From positions 21,824,001 to 21,888,000 of the forward strand of contig NC_043003.1 of NCBI RefSeq assembly GCF_006345805.1: a stretch of 64,000 nucleotides of DNA. The letters run 5' to 3'. The notes beneath the pieces are model-generated. The model searched no databases and was not told where the DNA came from. It worked only from the letters and a program-made list of their open reading frames with translations. Below, piece after piece: positions 11,772 through 25,240 of the stretch (the first letter of the stretch is position 1; each line of letters starts with the position of its first letter). This stretch comes from Octopus sinensis. Taxonomy: Eukaryota. Made by a program: the position numbers and the translations under genes.

Positions 11772-14700
11772 ACATATATACAGGGTGGCCACTGAAAAAG
11801 TGAAGGGTTTGAAAAAGTCATTACTCGTTGTTTTCAATATTTTCATTTATCTTCTGTCTGGGAGTCAAACACTCACTCACACACACACACACACACCTAC
11901 ACACGCACACGCATACGAGGGATAGAGAGATGCCAGACTATTGGATATTGTTATACATCACTGGTTAAAAAGCGCTCTTCCCCGTATTGTATATCTCGAA
12001 TGATGCCAACCCACCGACCAGGCGCGAAGGTCAACATGCCTCCTGAACGGGAACTCCATTCCGTCGCGGTGTTACTTAATTTTACAACTGAGTGGACTGG
12101 AGCAACGTGAAATGGAGTGTTTTGCTCAAGAACACAATGCACTACCGAGTCAGGAAATCGAAACCACGATCTTGCGAGCAACATCCTAACCACTGTATAT
12201 TCAGTTTTGGATATTTGGATATTACATACCTAATGTGAAAGATTCTCCATTATTTGTGCATTAAAAACAAAAATACATAGGGTTTCTATTATTAAGTTAT
12301 TTTCCAATCGCATTGGTATGCTTCTTTTTCAGTATGTCCCGTGAGTCAAGAAGTTTGAAATTCCTTTATTCCCAAACAGAACCCGCATATTTCGTCCCTG
12401 AAGGTTTATAATATTTAAAAAATATCTAATTATTTCCCAGTGTAAATATGGTATTCAGTAGATCATAAATTTTTAAAAAAAGAGGCTTCTGTATTTGCGT
12501 CTCTTAAAAACGCTGTCGTTCCATTTTATATTTGTTGGCGAGCGCAATAAAGTAGTGTTAAAGACCTCTGTGAGCGGAATTTTCGGTATAATTTCGATTT
12601 CCACTCAAAGCTATTCTGATAGAAATATCTTTAGGAAAGGCGTGAAAGTCCCAAGTTCTTTTATTCTGGCTCTCTTACCAAATGTGTTTATATGTGAAGA
12701 TTTTAAACAATTGTCGCACATGCTATTGAAATACAGGCATGTACCATTAAAATCACGAATCAGTTCTTGTAATTACTTTACTGCACCTTTTCCTCCCCTG
12801 ATTTGAAAATAAGCTCATTCACTTATATACACACATAGTGTCCGGTCCTGTTTGTTTAGTCATAACATCCGCTTGATAAGTTGACTGAACCTCCTTTTAT
12901 TCAAGTGAGTTTTAAGAAGAATGTAAATTAACTAATGCCGCGGAATATAAACACTATTCGATTATGGAGAAGATGCATGCGTAAAATGCTACCCGGTGAG
13001 TTTATTAACTTATATCAATATTAATTGTAATGAATGAAAAACATTTCATTCGGAGTAGTTGTTGTCAAAGTCGTATGTCGTGGACGATTAATGGCTAGTG
13101 GGTGTTGCTGTTATTTCGTCCCAGGTCGACCGTAATTGAATGGATTTGTGAACGAAGGCATTCCAGCTTTGACAGATCTAGGTCTACATGGTCTTTTAAG
13201 ACGACAGTGTGTGAATTGAGAAGATTTGGTTACTATTACAAGTATGCCAAATAACTACATAAAAGATTCTTCGTTAAGTTTATGACAATTTATAAGTTCG
13301 GACAATGACTATAACGCAGATAATATAGCGGGCAACTGGATAGGATAATTTTTATGAAGAATATTTAGTAAACTTTTGTGCATGTCAGCATATATATATA
13401 TTTGCTGTATTAATTTCTAACTTTAACACAAACCTCACATTTTTTGAGAATGTACTCGATTACATCTACTCCAGTATTTGACTATTGGCATTTTATTTTA
13501 TCGAAAGGAAGGTTGAGAGGCGAAGTTGAGCTTCTGAACAATCTGAACTCGGATAAAAAGTCGGGCGTAGGTAAAGAATACGCACACCCAGTGGCTAGGG
13601 GTTAGGGCCACTCTAACAGTAGAAGACTGATTTACAAATTTGTTGAAAAGGAGGAAGAAATTTGTGTAATGTTTATGTATTACTTATTGGTATTAGTAAT
13701 AATAAGTAACTTAATCTGTGGCTTGCCGCATACTCACTCCTCTCCTCTTGTTTCTTTTTCCAAAAAATTACTTCGGATTCTTTGCAAGTTTTCAACAACC
13801 GAAATTACTATTTTTATCCCCGCAAACAGTTTTTCAAGCATTTTAATCATACCCACCTCATTAATTTTTTTTTTATCATCACTACCAAATTTCAAACCAC
13901 GTTCAGAAAATATTTTTATAGCTTAAAAGAAAGCATTGAGTCTGTGAGCCGGTTTCGAATCCCAGTTGATGTCCATTACGCCAACAGCTGGTTTTGAGAA
14001 ATGCAAGAACGCCATACCATCTCGTACCTCTTTTTTATATATTCATCGCTTTGTAGATATTAGTTTTTCTTTATGTATCACAGTAGGAAGAATAGTACTC
14101 GTGGTAATTTTTCTGGGCGTTCAGAACTGTGAGAAAGGGGAGTGTTTTCCTTAAACTTCGCAAGGACCATGTAACTTATTTAACAGGGTGCAGATCATTA
14201 TCGCCTAAAAGAAGGGATAGGCTTCTACACAGCTTCCGTTTAACAAATTTTACTCCTAGTGCTTTGATCAACTCGCGGTTATGGCAGAAAAGACTTTCTC
14301 AAGGTGCTACGCAATAGTATCGGACCTGAAAACCAGTTGCGAAGCGAATTCCTTAACCACAGAGACATTCGTGGAAAGAACTTAGTCCCTGAATGAATAC
14401 ACTTCCTTTACTTGGGCTTAGAACTAGTTAGCAGAGTTATTACACTAGGATCGATTTCATGGACTGTACCCTTCCACTCAAAATTCGTGGCTTTGTGCCA
14501 ATGTTATATTAATGCTCTCTGGTCCCAATGTATTTGTTGAGGCTGGGCTTATGCGAGCAGATCTACGATTCGGTTTCGATTTTCGGCTGAAGTTTAGCCT
14601 TCGCACACGCACCCACTTATGTTTAGCATCATGTCAACTCTGATGGGGCAGAGTATTAATAAAAATCGCTTTAGCCGTGACCATCCGATCTTTAATAAGG

Positions 14701-15239
14701 CAAACTCGATCTGATACTAACATTGAAACCACTCTCCGACGAAGTCCCAGAATACCAATATGGGATAAAAAATGGAGAAGTTACCACTTTTCTTAAAGGT
14801 TCCCATTTGGTGTCCAATTTATTATAAAAGACGAGTTGATGTCAAAAGTTTATAAAAAAAAAAAATACTATTATAAATCGAATGTCTTTTCGAATAATCT
14901 GTTGAATGTAACCGGAATGAATGAATGAAAGAATGAATAAATATGTAAATAGCACTCACACACTATACACAAGTTGTGTTTTGAAAGTTAATGAGAAACT
15001 TAAAATAAAATTCTATGGTATTTGAGCACTGCTTAAATGCTGAGGTCCCGATGCATCTTTGTAACGAAATGAAGGGGAGGGTTAGTTTTTGGGTTAAGGT
15101 TAGTTAGGGTGTCGTTACACGGCCACACAGCGTACATTTAAAATTGTACGTAACACCTATATCTAAGTATTACATCAGTATTTAAGCAGTATCGTTAAAG
15201 AACCTCTGAAATTAAGTAGTACTGGTATTTGTAGTTCAA

Positions 15240-15611
15240 GTAGAAAACTCGGAAATTGTCTACTGCGCCAAAAAACTCATTTTTACCAATGTGGATATTT
15301 TAAGCATCGCAAATTACAATTCTGAAAAAATAGAATAGATGATGGGGTTTGCTACCACCACTTTTCCGTATGTTTTCAGGTATAATTTTTTTTTTCTTTC
15401 CAGATTTGATTTTAAAAGTTGCAAATATTTTTGAAGATTCATAATCTCTGATGTTTAAAGCAGAATTCTGAATTTTAAAAAATAATAAGTGGGTGGATGG
15501 GGGTAACCACCACCTGGATTTCTATACAGAATTGTAATCTGTAATTTTTAAAACACACACTTAAAGAAATTACGCTTTTTGCCGTACTAGATAATTTCCG
15601 ACTCTATTCTA
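15240..15611. mobile_element. Old MITE/foldback with degenerate long inverted arms
   Basis: cggaaattgtctactgcgccaaaaa versus tttttgccgtactagataatttccg, and attacaattctg versus cagaattgtaat. Confidence 0.55.
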
Positions 15612-15759
15612 CAGGAACGCCATGGTATTTAAATACCACTAGACACTCTCCCCCACGAACTCTTTTCTTAAGTAGAATTGTAACTCCGATTCAACAAACA
15701 ACAAACCTATGATTACAACAGCTATAACTAAAGAGACTTGTCAACCTCTTGGGCCCGGC

Positions 15760-16660
15760 GGACGAAATGGATAAAGCATTGCCCTGGAGGATAGCGAGGG
15801 AGACGCATTGGAACAGTCACCCCAACTCACAGGGCTTGCACATGCGGATAGCCATATCTTCCCCGATGGCCCTGAGCAGGGATAGAGTTCGGGGGGGGGG
15901 GTCAAGAAGGCCGGAGGTCTCACTACTGTAATTTTGACCTGAAACCTGTCAGAGAGCTGCCAATTTCGCGGTTTGACGAGCAGCGAATCTTGGCCTGGTT
16001 GCCGCTGGAGAAGGTGTCGTAGCATGTGACAGACCGTATGAGGGGCATACCACCGCGGAATGAAAAAATTGTCATGCTGTCTAGCCCTTTACCGTCCCCT
16101 ATGTCCAGCTCCGCTGGCTCGAGCTGGGAAGGGATGCCTACAGTGTCTAGATCAGTGGTTCTCAACTGGTGTCCATATAAGATTTTGAGAATCTAATAGC
16201 ATTTTAAGGCCCCTGAAAAAATTTTAGTGATATGTATTGCAAGAAACAGCCTTTTTTTTTTTTTTTTTTTTTTCCTCTAACATTTTTCATAGTTCAACCT
16301 ACACAAAATAGGAATTTTGAAATATTTCTATGAAAGTAGTTTTGAAATATCGAGTAGCTATGGGTCTAATGAAATAAAATTGTAACCAAAAGGGTCCATA
16401 GATGAAAATAAAAATGGTTGAGAACTCCTGGTCTAAGCCAGTCTTTATGATCACATTGAGGGCAGAATGGCGTGGAAGGCGACTAGCATTGTAATGGTAT
16501 GACAAAGGGTGGAGGCCGAAAGAATTCACATTGGATCCTCTGCGGCGTTCGTAAGGCTCACAGATCCGGAGGCCAAACCTCGGGGAAACACCGATGCGCA
16601 GATAATCGCTATGCAGCTCACACCGCCGTTTTCGATGCCTTAAGAACTCGCTTCGTTTCA
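15760..16660 (-). pseudogene. CRE-clade (restriction-like endonuclease) non-LTR retrotransposon 3' relic
   Basis: Decayed zinc knuckle LRIGV..RFGLRIC...GLHPLS...RLPRHSALNVIIK, then GIPSQLEP..LD.GDGKGLDSMT...TCYDT and LAILQGNA. These are the RH / EP / PD-x-D / QRGN motifs of CRE-type RLE domains. Confidence 0.8.
16153..16430. mobile_element. hAT (Charlie-like) MITE inserted in the CRE relic
   Basis: TIRs cagtggttctcaac and gttgagaactcctg. Imperfect 8-bp TSD gtctagat / gtctaagc. The host reading frame resumes across it (KTGLD | LDTVG). Confidence 0.8.
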
Positions 16661-17747
16661 CTTTTTCTTGCAAGACTTCAAGACGCAAAACGCATTAAAT
16701 ATTCAAATCCTTTCATTTTTATTTCTCCCTATTCGTTCCTCTTTAAAAACTGGGGCCTTTTTTCTTTTCTTTTTTTCTTAAACAGTATCATCTTATAAAC
16801 GCCAACTTTATTTTCTCTTCCATTATAGTCACCTCCCTTATCACGCTTCCTCACATTTCTGCAGTGGAGCAGTGGGGGATCTAGGTAATCGACTAGTCTC
16901 CCCTCCCCCCACACATACACAATTTTAGCCCTTGTGCCTGTAGCCGAAACCTTATTCATCTTATTTATTTTGTAAACGTATTTTCCTGTTAATTGTACGT
17001 TAAGATATCTAATTAATTGCTGCAAGCTCTCCACCTCCTCATTTCTCTTATACTCTTTATATTTGTTTTCCCAAACAGTACTAAATTTGTTGTTTGACCC
17101 CCATGTCAGCTCTGATCCAGCGAACCTGTTATCAAAGGCTTTCCAGTAGTGACCATCTCGTTGCTCCACCACTGTCACTAGGCTTTGTTTATTTAGAACT
17201 ATGTCATCTGTTCTTTCTTGATGTTATCCCTGTTTTCGCCCTTCCATCAACTCTGATTCTGCGAACCGATTATCAGAGACTTTCCATTCGGAGCCATCTT
17301 GTTTCTCCAGGACTATACTATCGAAACTTCCCTTTCTACTGTTATTTAGCTCAAGTTCAATCTCATGACCAAAGGCATTTCAACTATAATCATTCCAATT
17401 TTCTTTTTTGAAAACTTAGTTCATTTAGCCAAATCTGTTCCACACAGATTTGAAACATCACGTCCTGTTGCTTCAATAACGTTATATCCAGCTTATACGC
17501 AATTGTTTTATTACATTCTGTTTAGAAATACGGTTGGGACCCCCACATTATATAGTGATTTATCAACTGACTTTATTTACTCAATCACAATTTGATTACA
17601 AAGAAACTGGGAAAGAAGGAAAAAATATTTTAGGTACAATACTTATCTCCATCTTTTCCAGTTCTTTCATTTTAGTATTGGAATTCGGACACTTTCTATC
17701 GGCTCACTTTATTCCCAAATAACACAGATCTGGAAAACTGAATTGCT

Positions 17748-19062
17748 GGACCTTTCCTGTTTGGCTGCTAGCATTTAAAAAAAAAAGTTGATCGAAAATT
17801 TTAAAATTTGGAACATTAATGTAGTTTTCCAAGCTGAATTGCCGGAGCTACTTCACTTTTCCCAGAAAAATGCTTTTAAAAAGTAATGGCGGTTTAAAGT
17901 TTGATCATTTTCACCCAGCTGTCATTTCGTGCGCGACTGCACATTTTCAACATCCTGAAAATAGCAGGTGTTGTCAATATTTGTATTCCTAATGCGGAAA
18001 ACGTGTAAACAACACGTCTTTTGTAGTTGGAAGCATTCAATATGCATTTAATGCGATAGGTGGGTACCATCTTTCGAGTTAACAAACCCAACGCTGAGGT
18101 TCACCGTTCTGTGCTCAAAATTGTAACCACCAATTTCAGGAATGTGAGAATACGCCATCCACAAATCGCTGAAAACTGTGGTTCCTAGAAGAATCTAGTG
18201 ACGTATGCATTCTTCCAGCGTGTCACGATTCCGACATAGCACCACATACAAAAAAAAAACCTGTTTGGTCTCGTGACACACTTCTCCGAGGACCCACTGC
18301 TCATGTAGGACCTTTTCTCGGTTGTGCTTAGGTCTTGAGAAGACTGTTTCGTCGATCTCGACAATATTTCCAGGACTGCCAACTTGAATTGGATGACGGA
18401 GCAAGTCCTTCGCACATATTTCCCTAACATAGCTATCATATTCAACTGTTGTGCAATGGTTCATCTCCAGTACATGAACACAAAACCAGACAATTCTTTA
18501 ACCTATGAGGAAGGGTGCCACTTTCAAACCATGTATTTCCTCACTGACACGAACTCCATGCATTCTCGGCGCGAGCATCGCCAGTACACGTTCCCACTAA
18601 GTTTTTTGTACTCGTAACATGCGTCTTCTTTTTACGTAAGTTTCATTTGGGTATAACACCCTTTTCTTGTAGGTACGACACAGCATACTCCTCTGTTTTC
18701 AGTGTCTCCATCATAGAAACGGGGTTACCAAAGCTTGCTGCCATAATCAAACAGATTCGTAAAATTTCCAGGTGGATAAAACAGAACACTTTAGCAACAA
18801 GTTGTTCCAATGTATTTGTCAACGCGTACTTTTTCGCAGACAAAAGAATTCTCATGTTCCGCTTGTTACTATCGAAAGAGGCATGAATGTGTCTGTGGTT
18901 TACGATTGGCTAAAATTATCCAAAATTTTCACTTTAACTCTTTTATTGATTTATAGCGAAAATGATTTTTATGGCATTCATTAGCCCGTAAAAGTGTATC
19001 ATTACACTGAATATGAAATCAATTCGAAGAGAAATTGACACTGGCAGCCAAACAAATGTTCC
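17748..19062 (-). mobile_element. Merlin (IS1595/ISXO2-like) DNA transposon, fully bounded, transposase pseudogenised
   Basis: 8-bp TSD gaattgct (17740-17747, 19063-19070). GG-starting TIRs share tgtttggctgc. Transposase from ATG 18744 contains GSPGNIVEIDETVF.R.KHNR...QWVLG, TTVFSDLWMAY and HRTVN.S..FV...DGTH, with frameshifts. Confidence 0.92.
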
Positions 19063-19495
19063 GAATTGCTTATAAATATAGAAAATAAAAATATCTGATA
19101 AGAGAACTGTCATCAGTCATAAATTTTATTCTACGTACAACAGAAAACTATTCAATCTACCCAGGAGACAGATTTCTTAAGTCTATTAAACATACCAGAC
19201 GAGAAGCCAAAGTGTTTTTTTTATTTTCTTCGCACAAGGTTTAAATCAAACCTGGTATCGGTTAGCTTAAGATACGTGAATGAAATTAATAACTGGAAGT
19301 ATTTATTTAGTTCAAAGAATTCAGAAAATGTATGACAAATCAGGTAAGTTTCTAGGCGGTGGCTCGACCTTCAGAAATAGCTGCGAAAATGTTCTTAAAT
19401 CACGCCATACTGACTTAAAGAAAGGACTGTGTTAGATATTGTCTGGCGAGTGGGTAGAAGACGAGGACACCTTTTAATCAGTCGTTTATCATATA

Positions 19496-20012
19496 CTAGC
19501 AGTATCGCCCGGCGTTGCTCGGGTTTGTAAGGGAAATAACTATATAAGCATTTTTAGAGAGTTACTTCCTTTATAGATGCCAATTCGGGCTTTCTTAGCC
19601 ATTTCTGTTTTGGTGTCTTCAAGCCATGAAGTCGTTGTTCTAAAAGAACGCTGGTCTCCTTGACAACGCATTACGACGTTGATTTCCTTAAACTCCCTTC
19701 CCCACAGCTTCACGAGGGAGGGAAGAAGGGGGAGAAGCAAACACAGGTGCAGGTGTTTGAGCGTGGACGCCAACTCCGCCGCCATCGACACACGAAAAAT
19801 TATACATTAAAATGGAATAAAAAATGATGTTAAATTATTTTTAAAATCGTAGACTCATCGTAGACGCGCGCTAATAGCCAGACGGGCTCGATATTAATCA
19901 CGACTGTAAGATACCCGAATTTGGTTAAACTGCACCGCAAAATGTGGGAGGAGTTAGGAATCTAAATCGTAGGAGACAGACACTCACACAACTACAGTTT
20001 TTTATATATAGA
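19496..20012 (-). mobile_element. Non-autonomous Helitron
   Basis: On the minus strand it starts 5'-TCTATATAT and ends with hairpin cccgagcaacgccggg then CTAG. It is inserted between A and T with no TSD. Confidence 0.85.
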
Positions 20013-20616
20013 TTTTGGCCGTCCTCTTCCTTAAGTATAATGTAACTTTCGACACCTGCAAACACTTAGCTGAAGTGACCACCGTACGATCCACACACAT
20101 CATGCTACGTTTACTGTCCCTCTAATCAGACTTAAAGTAGGCAGAAACAATTTATTCCTCAATTAATTTCGAAGTTTGTAATGGAAGTTATTCCCGATAA
20201 CAATATTTTATATCTCCTATTATCCATTATTTCGTTTCTGTTTATATCGTCACTGTTTCGTAATTATTTGTACGGACATCGTCAATAGACGGCGATAATT
20301 ATATTGAATTTAATTTTTTTTAAAAATCGAAACTCGGAAAGACTTCAAGCAAATTCAGGATTCAACTGTCGAATTAGTCGTTCACCGTTGCTTAAAAATA
20401 ATGTCTTTCTCTGCCCTTTATAACAATTTTAAAAATATTTTCCAATATGAAATTTTAGAAACATTCACGAAAATAGTTTAAACTAATTTATTAACCTAAA
20501 TATACAGAATGTCTATTAACATTGGTATTTCCTAGTACTTAAACGATTATTAGGTTAAATAACCAGACCGGAAGAGAAAATAAGTTGAATCTTCAAACCA
20601 CTAGTTTGTAACATTT

Positions 20617-20945
20617 GGCTGTATGGTCAGAAGTTTACTCCTCACCCACACGATTCTGAGTTCGGTGCCAGTGCAGATTGGGCAAGTGTTTTCTACTATA
20701 GCTCTGGGTTGACCAAAGCTCTGCGAGTGGATTTGATAGACGGAAACTGAAAGAAGCCCGTCGTGTGTTTGTCACACCCCCACGGCTTGACAACTGATGT
20801 TGGTTTGTTTACATCTCCGTAACTTAGAGGTTCGACAAAAGTGACATATAATAACCGTAATTAAAAAAAAAGAATTCGGGTAGATTCGTTCGTCTAAAAT
20901 CTTTCAAGGCGGTGCCCTGGCTTGGCCGCAAACCAAATGTTAAAA
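20617..20945 (+). mobile_element. SINE family B, degenerate
   Basis: Homologous to the 3227 copy. Other degenerate copies: 21400-21700(-), 23680-23950(-), 24307-24610(-), 28845-29050, 34070-34212(-), 42820-43120, 44643-44950(-), 45016-45170, 47310-47670, 53417-53765, 54665-54830, 57490-57640, 61245-61350, 63310-63410. Confidence 0.75.
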
Positions 20946-23900
20946 CAAAAATAGCTATATATTTAAAAGGAATGAAACCTTCATTCCAACCTTCCTTCTA
21001 ATAACGTTGTTGTTTTAACCCCAGCTGAACCCTTGATTTGAGTCGACCTATAATCAGAAGCATTTAAACCTAAATCATTTCTTTCATTCAAACGAAAATC
21101 ATTTTCTCTTCCTTTTCTAAGATAAACATCTCCAGTACTGCATTATTCTTGATACTGATCTCCTTCCTTTTTAAAACTCGTAGGATGTAATTTCAGAGAG
21201 ATTTGGTTCCTTTTTTGATTCTAGCACATTGAACGATTATATAGAACACAGTTTCTTTGAATTGTTTAATTACCATCCTTGTACAGTAGGATGTGTAGCT
21301 CTTGTTCTTTCTCTGTCTGTCTGTCTGTCTCTCTCTTTTGTAACTTTTGCGATTCTCTAAGTTTTAAAACAGAACAATGAAATAAAGTGCAATCGTTTCT
21401 TTTTACTTGTCACTGGACTGCAGCCATACTGGAGCTCCTCCTTGAAAAGTTTTGTCGGACAAATCGACTCCAATACTTATGTTGAAGTCTGGCAATAATT
21501 ATATTCATATCTCTTACCTAACCGCTAGGTTACGAGAACGTAAACAAACCAACACTGGTTGACAAGTGGTGGGACACACACACACGACGCGCTTTCACAC
21601 AGTTTCCATCTGCCAAATTCATTCACAAAGCATTGATTGGCCCGTGACTATAATAGAAGACTGGGGTGACGCGCTGTGGGACTGAGCTCGAAACCACTCG
21701 CCTGAAGTGACTATCGCCTCACGGACGTGGAAAGCATTGTCGGTCGTCTGCTTGTTCTAACAGTCAATTTTACCTTTCAAGCACAATAATTTACAACAAA
21801 GGAATCTTACATTTTTTTTTTTCTTTTTAAACACAACTCATCAGTTATACGCTAGAGATATTTTAGGAATAAATGTATGGTTGCGATTCCTTATATCAAT
21901 CTATTCCTGTTATGTTACGGGTTCTTAAGTTATCGATTGGTGAATTCTCCATCGAGATTTTACAACCTATAAGCTTACTGGATCTAGTTAAATTCATAGG
22001 ACTTCTTCAAATTATTTTCCGAATTGTTACATGTTCTTTATGCGCAACAGTCGTAACAGTGGTACAGAGTTGGACTGCAGCACTTTAAGACACTTGGCAC
22101 AAAATACAAAGCAATTTTAGTGTGGAGTTGTTAAATAATTGACAACAGCATTTGGTGGACTGCGTATTGCATTTATAAAGACCACACAAACATAAGTCTC
22201 TATTTATTTTTTAAACCCGAAACGTTTGCATTTACTTATTTACAATACTTAAATAAATTGAACAGCATTCAAGCAATATAAAATGGATTAAGTACAAGTT
22301 TTCTCTGCATAATGTTAAATAGTAATACGATGACACTTTATAATTAAGAACAAATTAAGTAGAAACAATTAGGACTCCATATTAAGCTAACAGGACACCC
22401 GTGATGGTATTAGGATGAGAAACCATCTCACGGAGCTGAGCGACGAGGCTCTGCTGTAGGGTTCAACTCGCTAGCTTTTAGAATCTGCAATTCTGTCAAT
22501 TGTTTGAGGTCACTGTTAATAGTGTAGTTGTGTTACTCAGCCAGTTTTTCTTTTTGGTGGTTAATGTTTGAATAACGATTGTCAACGTAATTTCGTTTAA
22601 CCCCAAGTAAGTCCTGATCGAGCAGATATGTGATCGAACAATATAACTCATCGCCTTCGCTTTGAAAACTACTGTTTAACTTCTATTTTCTAAAATATGC
22701 TGTATTGTATATAAATATTTAATGAAAGCGGCGAGCTGGCAGGATCTTTAGTACACCCGAAAAAATGCTTAGCAGCATTCGTCCGGTTTTTTTTTTTTAA
22801 TTCTGTGTTCAAATTCCGCCAACGTTGACTTTGCTTTCATCCTTTCGTACTCTGTAAAATAAGTACCATCGATATAGCTGGCTTTATGCCAAAATTCGAG
22901 ATCAATATTTAATCAAGTCACAAATAAATATGCAATCTAGCCATTATGACAAAGCTCTAGTTTGTGATTGATTTAAAGATTTATTGTAAACTTTCTTCGT
23001 GTACAGAGGAATGATGTAAGGACTTGTCCTCTGAGTGGTTAATGGTTCGTGAAGCATGCCAGGACAATCTTCCTTTAATGTTTCTGTGAACAAAAAGAGT
23101 AACAAGCTGTATGTACACATGTTTTAAATTTCCCGGTGAAAGACTTAAAATCTGTTGTTTACTTTAAATTCACCTCGAGTTTTCTAATAAATATTTATGT
23201 TTACTTCAAGAGCGAGATAAAGAATTTCAATGAAGAATCGAGACGTAAATTGACAACTGCTCGAGATTTTTGTGATAGATAACACCTGCTACAAATTGAC
23301 AATTTTTTTCTTTAAACCTCCTTATCACAGGGAAATTAATTTGTTTTCAATGTTGCTGGCAAATTGAAATATATTTACTTTTTTAACGGAGGGTGATAAC
23401 ATTTTTGGATCGCAGAACAAAAAATTTTGAGAATCAGGACATCGAAAATACAAATTACCTATTTTATCTATGATCATACAATCGTTTTTAATGAATATTT
23501 AACAATATATTGTTTAATGTGCGCTCCCGTATCTAACAGTAGTACTATTTGATTTTGATTTAGCTGCTAACTCTAGCAAGATGAATCTCTGCATAGATAT
23601 CTCGCTGGTTCGATATATTTCACATATGTAAGTGTCGAACTCCACCCTACAGCTCGCAAAATCGATGGCTAAATGATCTTTTATTTGTTTCAGTCTTTGG
23701 ACTGCAGCCATTCTGTGGCACCGTTACGACGGGTTTAGTGGAGCAAATCGACCTCAGCATTTGCGTATGTGATGTTATACACACGACGGGCTTCTCTTAG
23801 ATTCCGTTTGCCAAATCAACTCGTAAAGCATTGGTTTGCCCGGACCTATAGCAGAAAACACTTGCCCAAGGTGCTGCTTGCACAATGGAATTGAATCCAA

Positions 23901-24967
23901 AACCTCGTGGTTGAGAAGTAAATTTCTTACCATACAGTCACACTTGCGCCTTAGTCGAATTCCTGGTTACGCCTATTATTGAATATTTAAAAATGACGCA
24001 TAAACTTGTGATAGATTTATTGTATAGTAGTTTGAATTTTTTCTGTTGTTTGTGTCATAACTCTGAGAATCTCCAATATCTTTATCTTTTACTTGTTTCT
24101 TATTTTTTTATTGTCCACAAGGGGCTAAACATAGAGGGGACAAACAAGGACAGACAAACGGATTAATTCGATTATATCGACTCCAGTGCGTAACTGGTAT
24201 TTAATTTATCGACCCAGAAAGGATGAAAGGCAAAGTCGACCTCGGCGGAAATTGAACTCAGAACGTAGCGGCAGACGAAATACCGCTAAGCATTTCGCCC
24301 GTCGCCTTTTACTTGTTTCAGTCATCAGACTGCGGCCATGCTGGGGAATCGCCTAGAAGAGGTTAGTCGAACAAATCGACGCCAGGGCTTTATTAAAAAA
24401 AAAAAAAATTTTCAAGTCTGGTACTTATTCGATTGGGCTCTTTTTGGCCGAACCACTAAGTTACGAGGAAATAAGCCAACACGGGTTGTTTCGAAGTAGT
24501 CTGGGGACATACCTATACATATGATAGGTTCCACACAGTTTCCGTCTACTAAATTCAGGCGCAAGGCATTGATTGGCCCAAGTCTTGTAGTACGTGGCAC
24601 TTTGGGCAAGTGTCAATGATCACTGACATTCTAGCCGTGACCATCTCTTCTTTCTTACGTGTTGGAAACCAGAAACATGCCTTTTTTGTTTTTAAAGAAT
24701 GTAGAGTATCATTTAAGAAAAATTTGGTTGCCTTTTCTTGCAGGTTTATCAGCAGCAGCATTGAAACTCCCTCTTCGGTCTAATCTCTTTCGCGCGCCAA
24801 GGATAACGCACCCATGATTGTGTATACGCACAAACACACCACACACACTCTCTCTCTCTCTAATAATACTCTTGTGTATTTCTCCAAACTCGTTCAGTTA
24901 AAGTTTGAGGCAGTGTCCTAGCATGGCGACACTTCAAAGATTGAAGAGTAATTATGTGTGTATAATA

Positions 24968-25240
24968 TCCGAAATGTACAGTATTATATATCCATCATGG
25001 CTGATCTTATCAATCGGTTTCTTGCAAGGAATATAATGGAGTGTTAGGTAACAATCCGATTATATAACCTTACACTCATCAGAGTTAGTCGATATGGAGT
25101 TAACCGAATATTCTTCCCATACCGGCTAACTCTAAGCGTTATATAATCGGGTTGTTACCTAACACACAGTTGTGTTCTTTGCGCGAAACCGATTGATAAG
25201 ATCAGCCTTGATGGATATATAATTACTGTACATTTTGGGA
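24968..25240. repeat. About 270-bp imperfect palindrome
   Basis: Arms match as reverse complements: aatgtacagta..atatatccatca.ggctgatcttatcaatcggtttc and gtgttaggtaacaa.ccgattatataac. Confidence 0.9.

Noticed and set aside
12300-14150. AT-rich ORF fragments possibly from a Penelope or LINE element
   Set aside because: No diagnostic RT or endonuclease motif could be read with confidence.
14731-14782. Hammerhead-like layout (ccgacga-agtccca...tgggat-aaaa)
   Set aside because: Both catalytic boxes deviate from consensus, so it cannot be distinguished from a chance hairpin.
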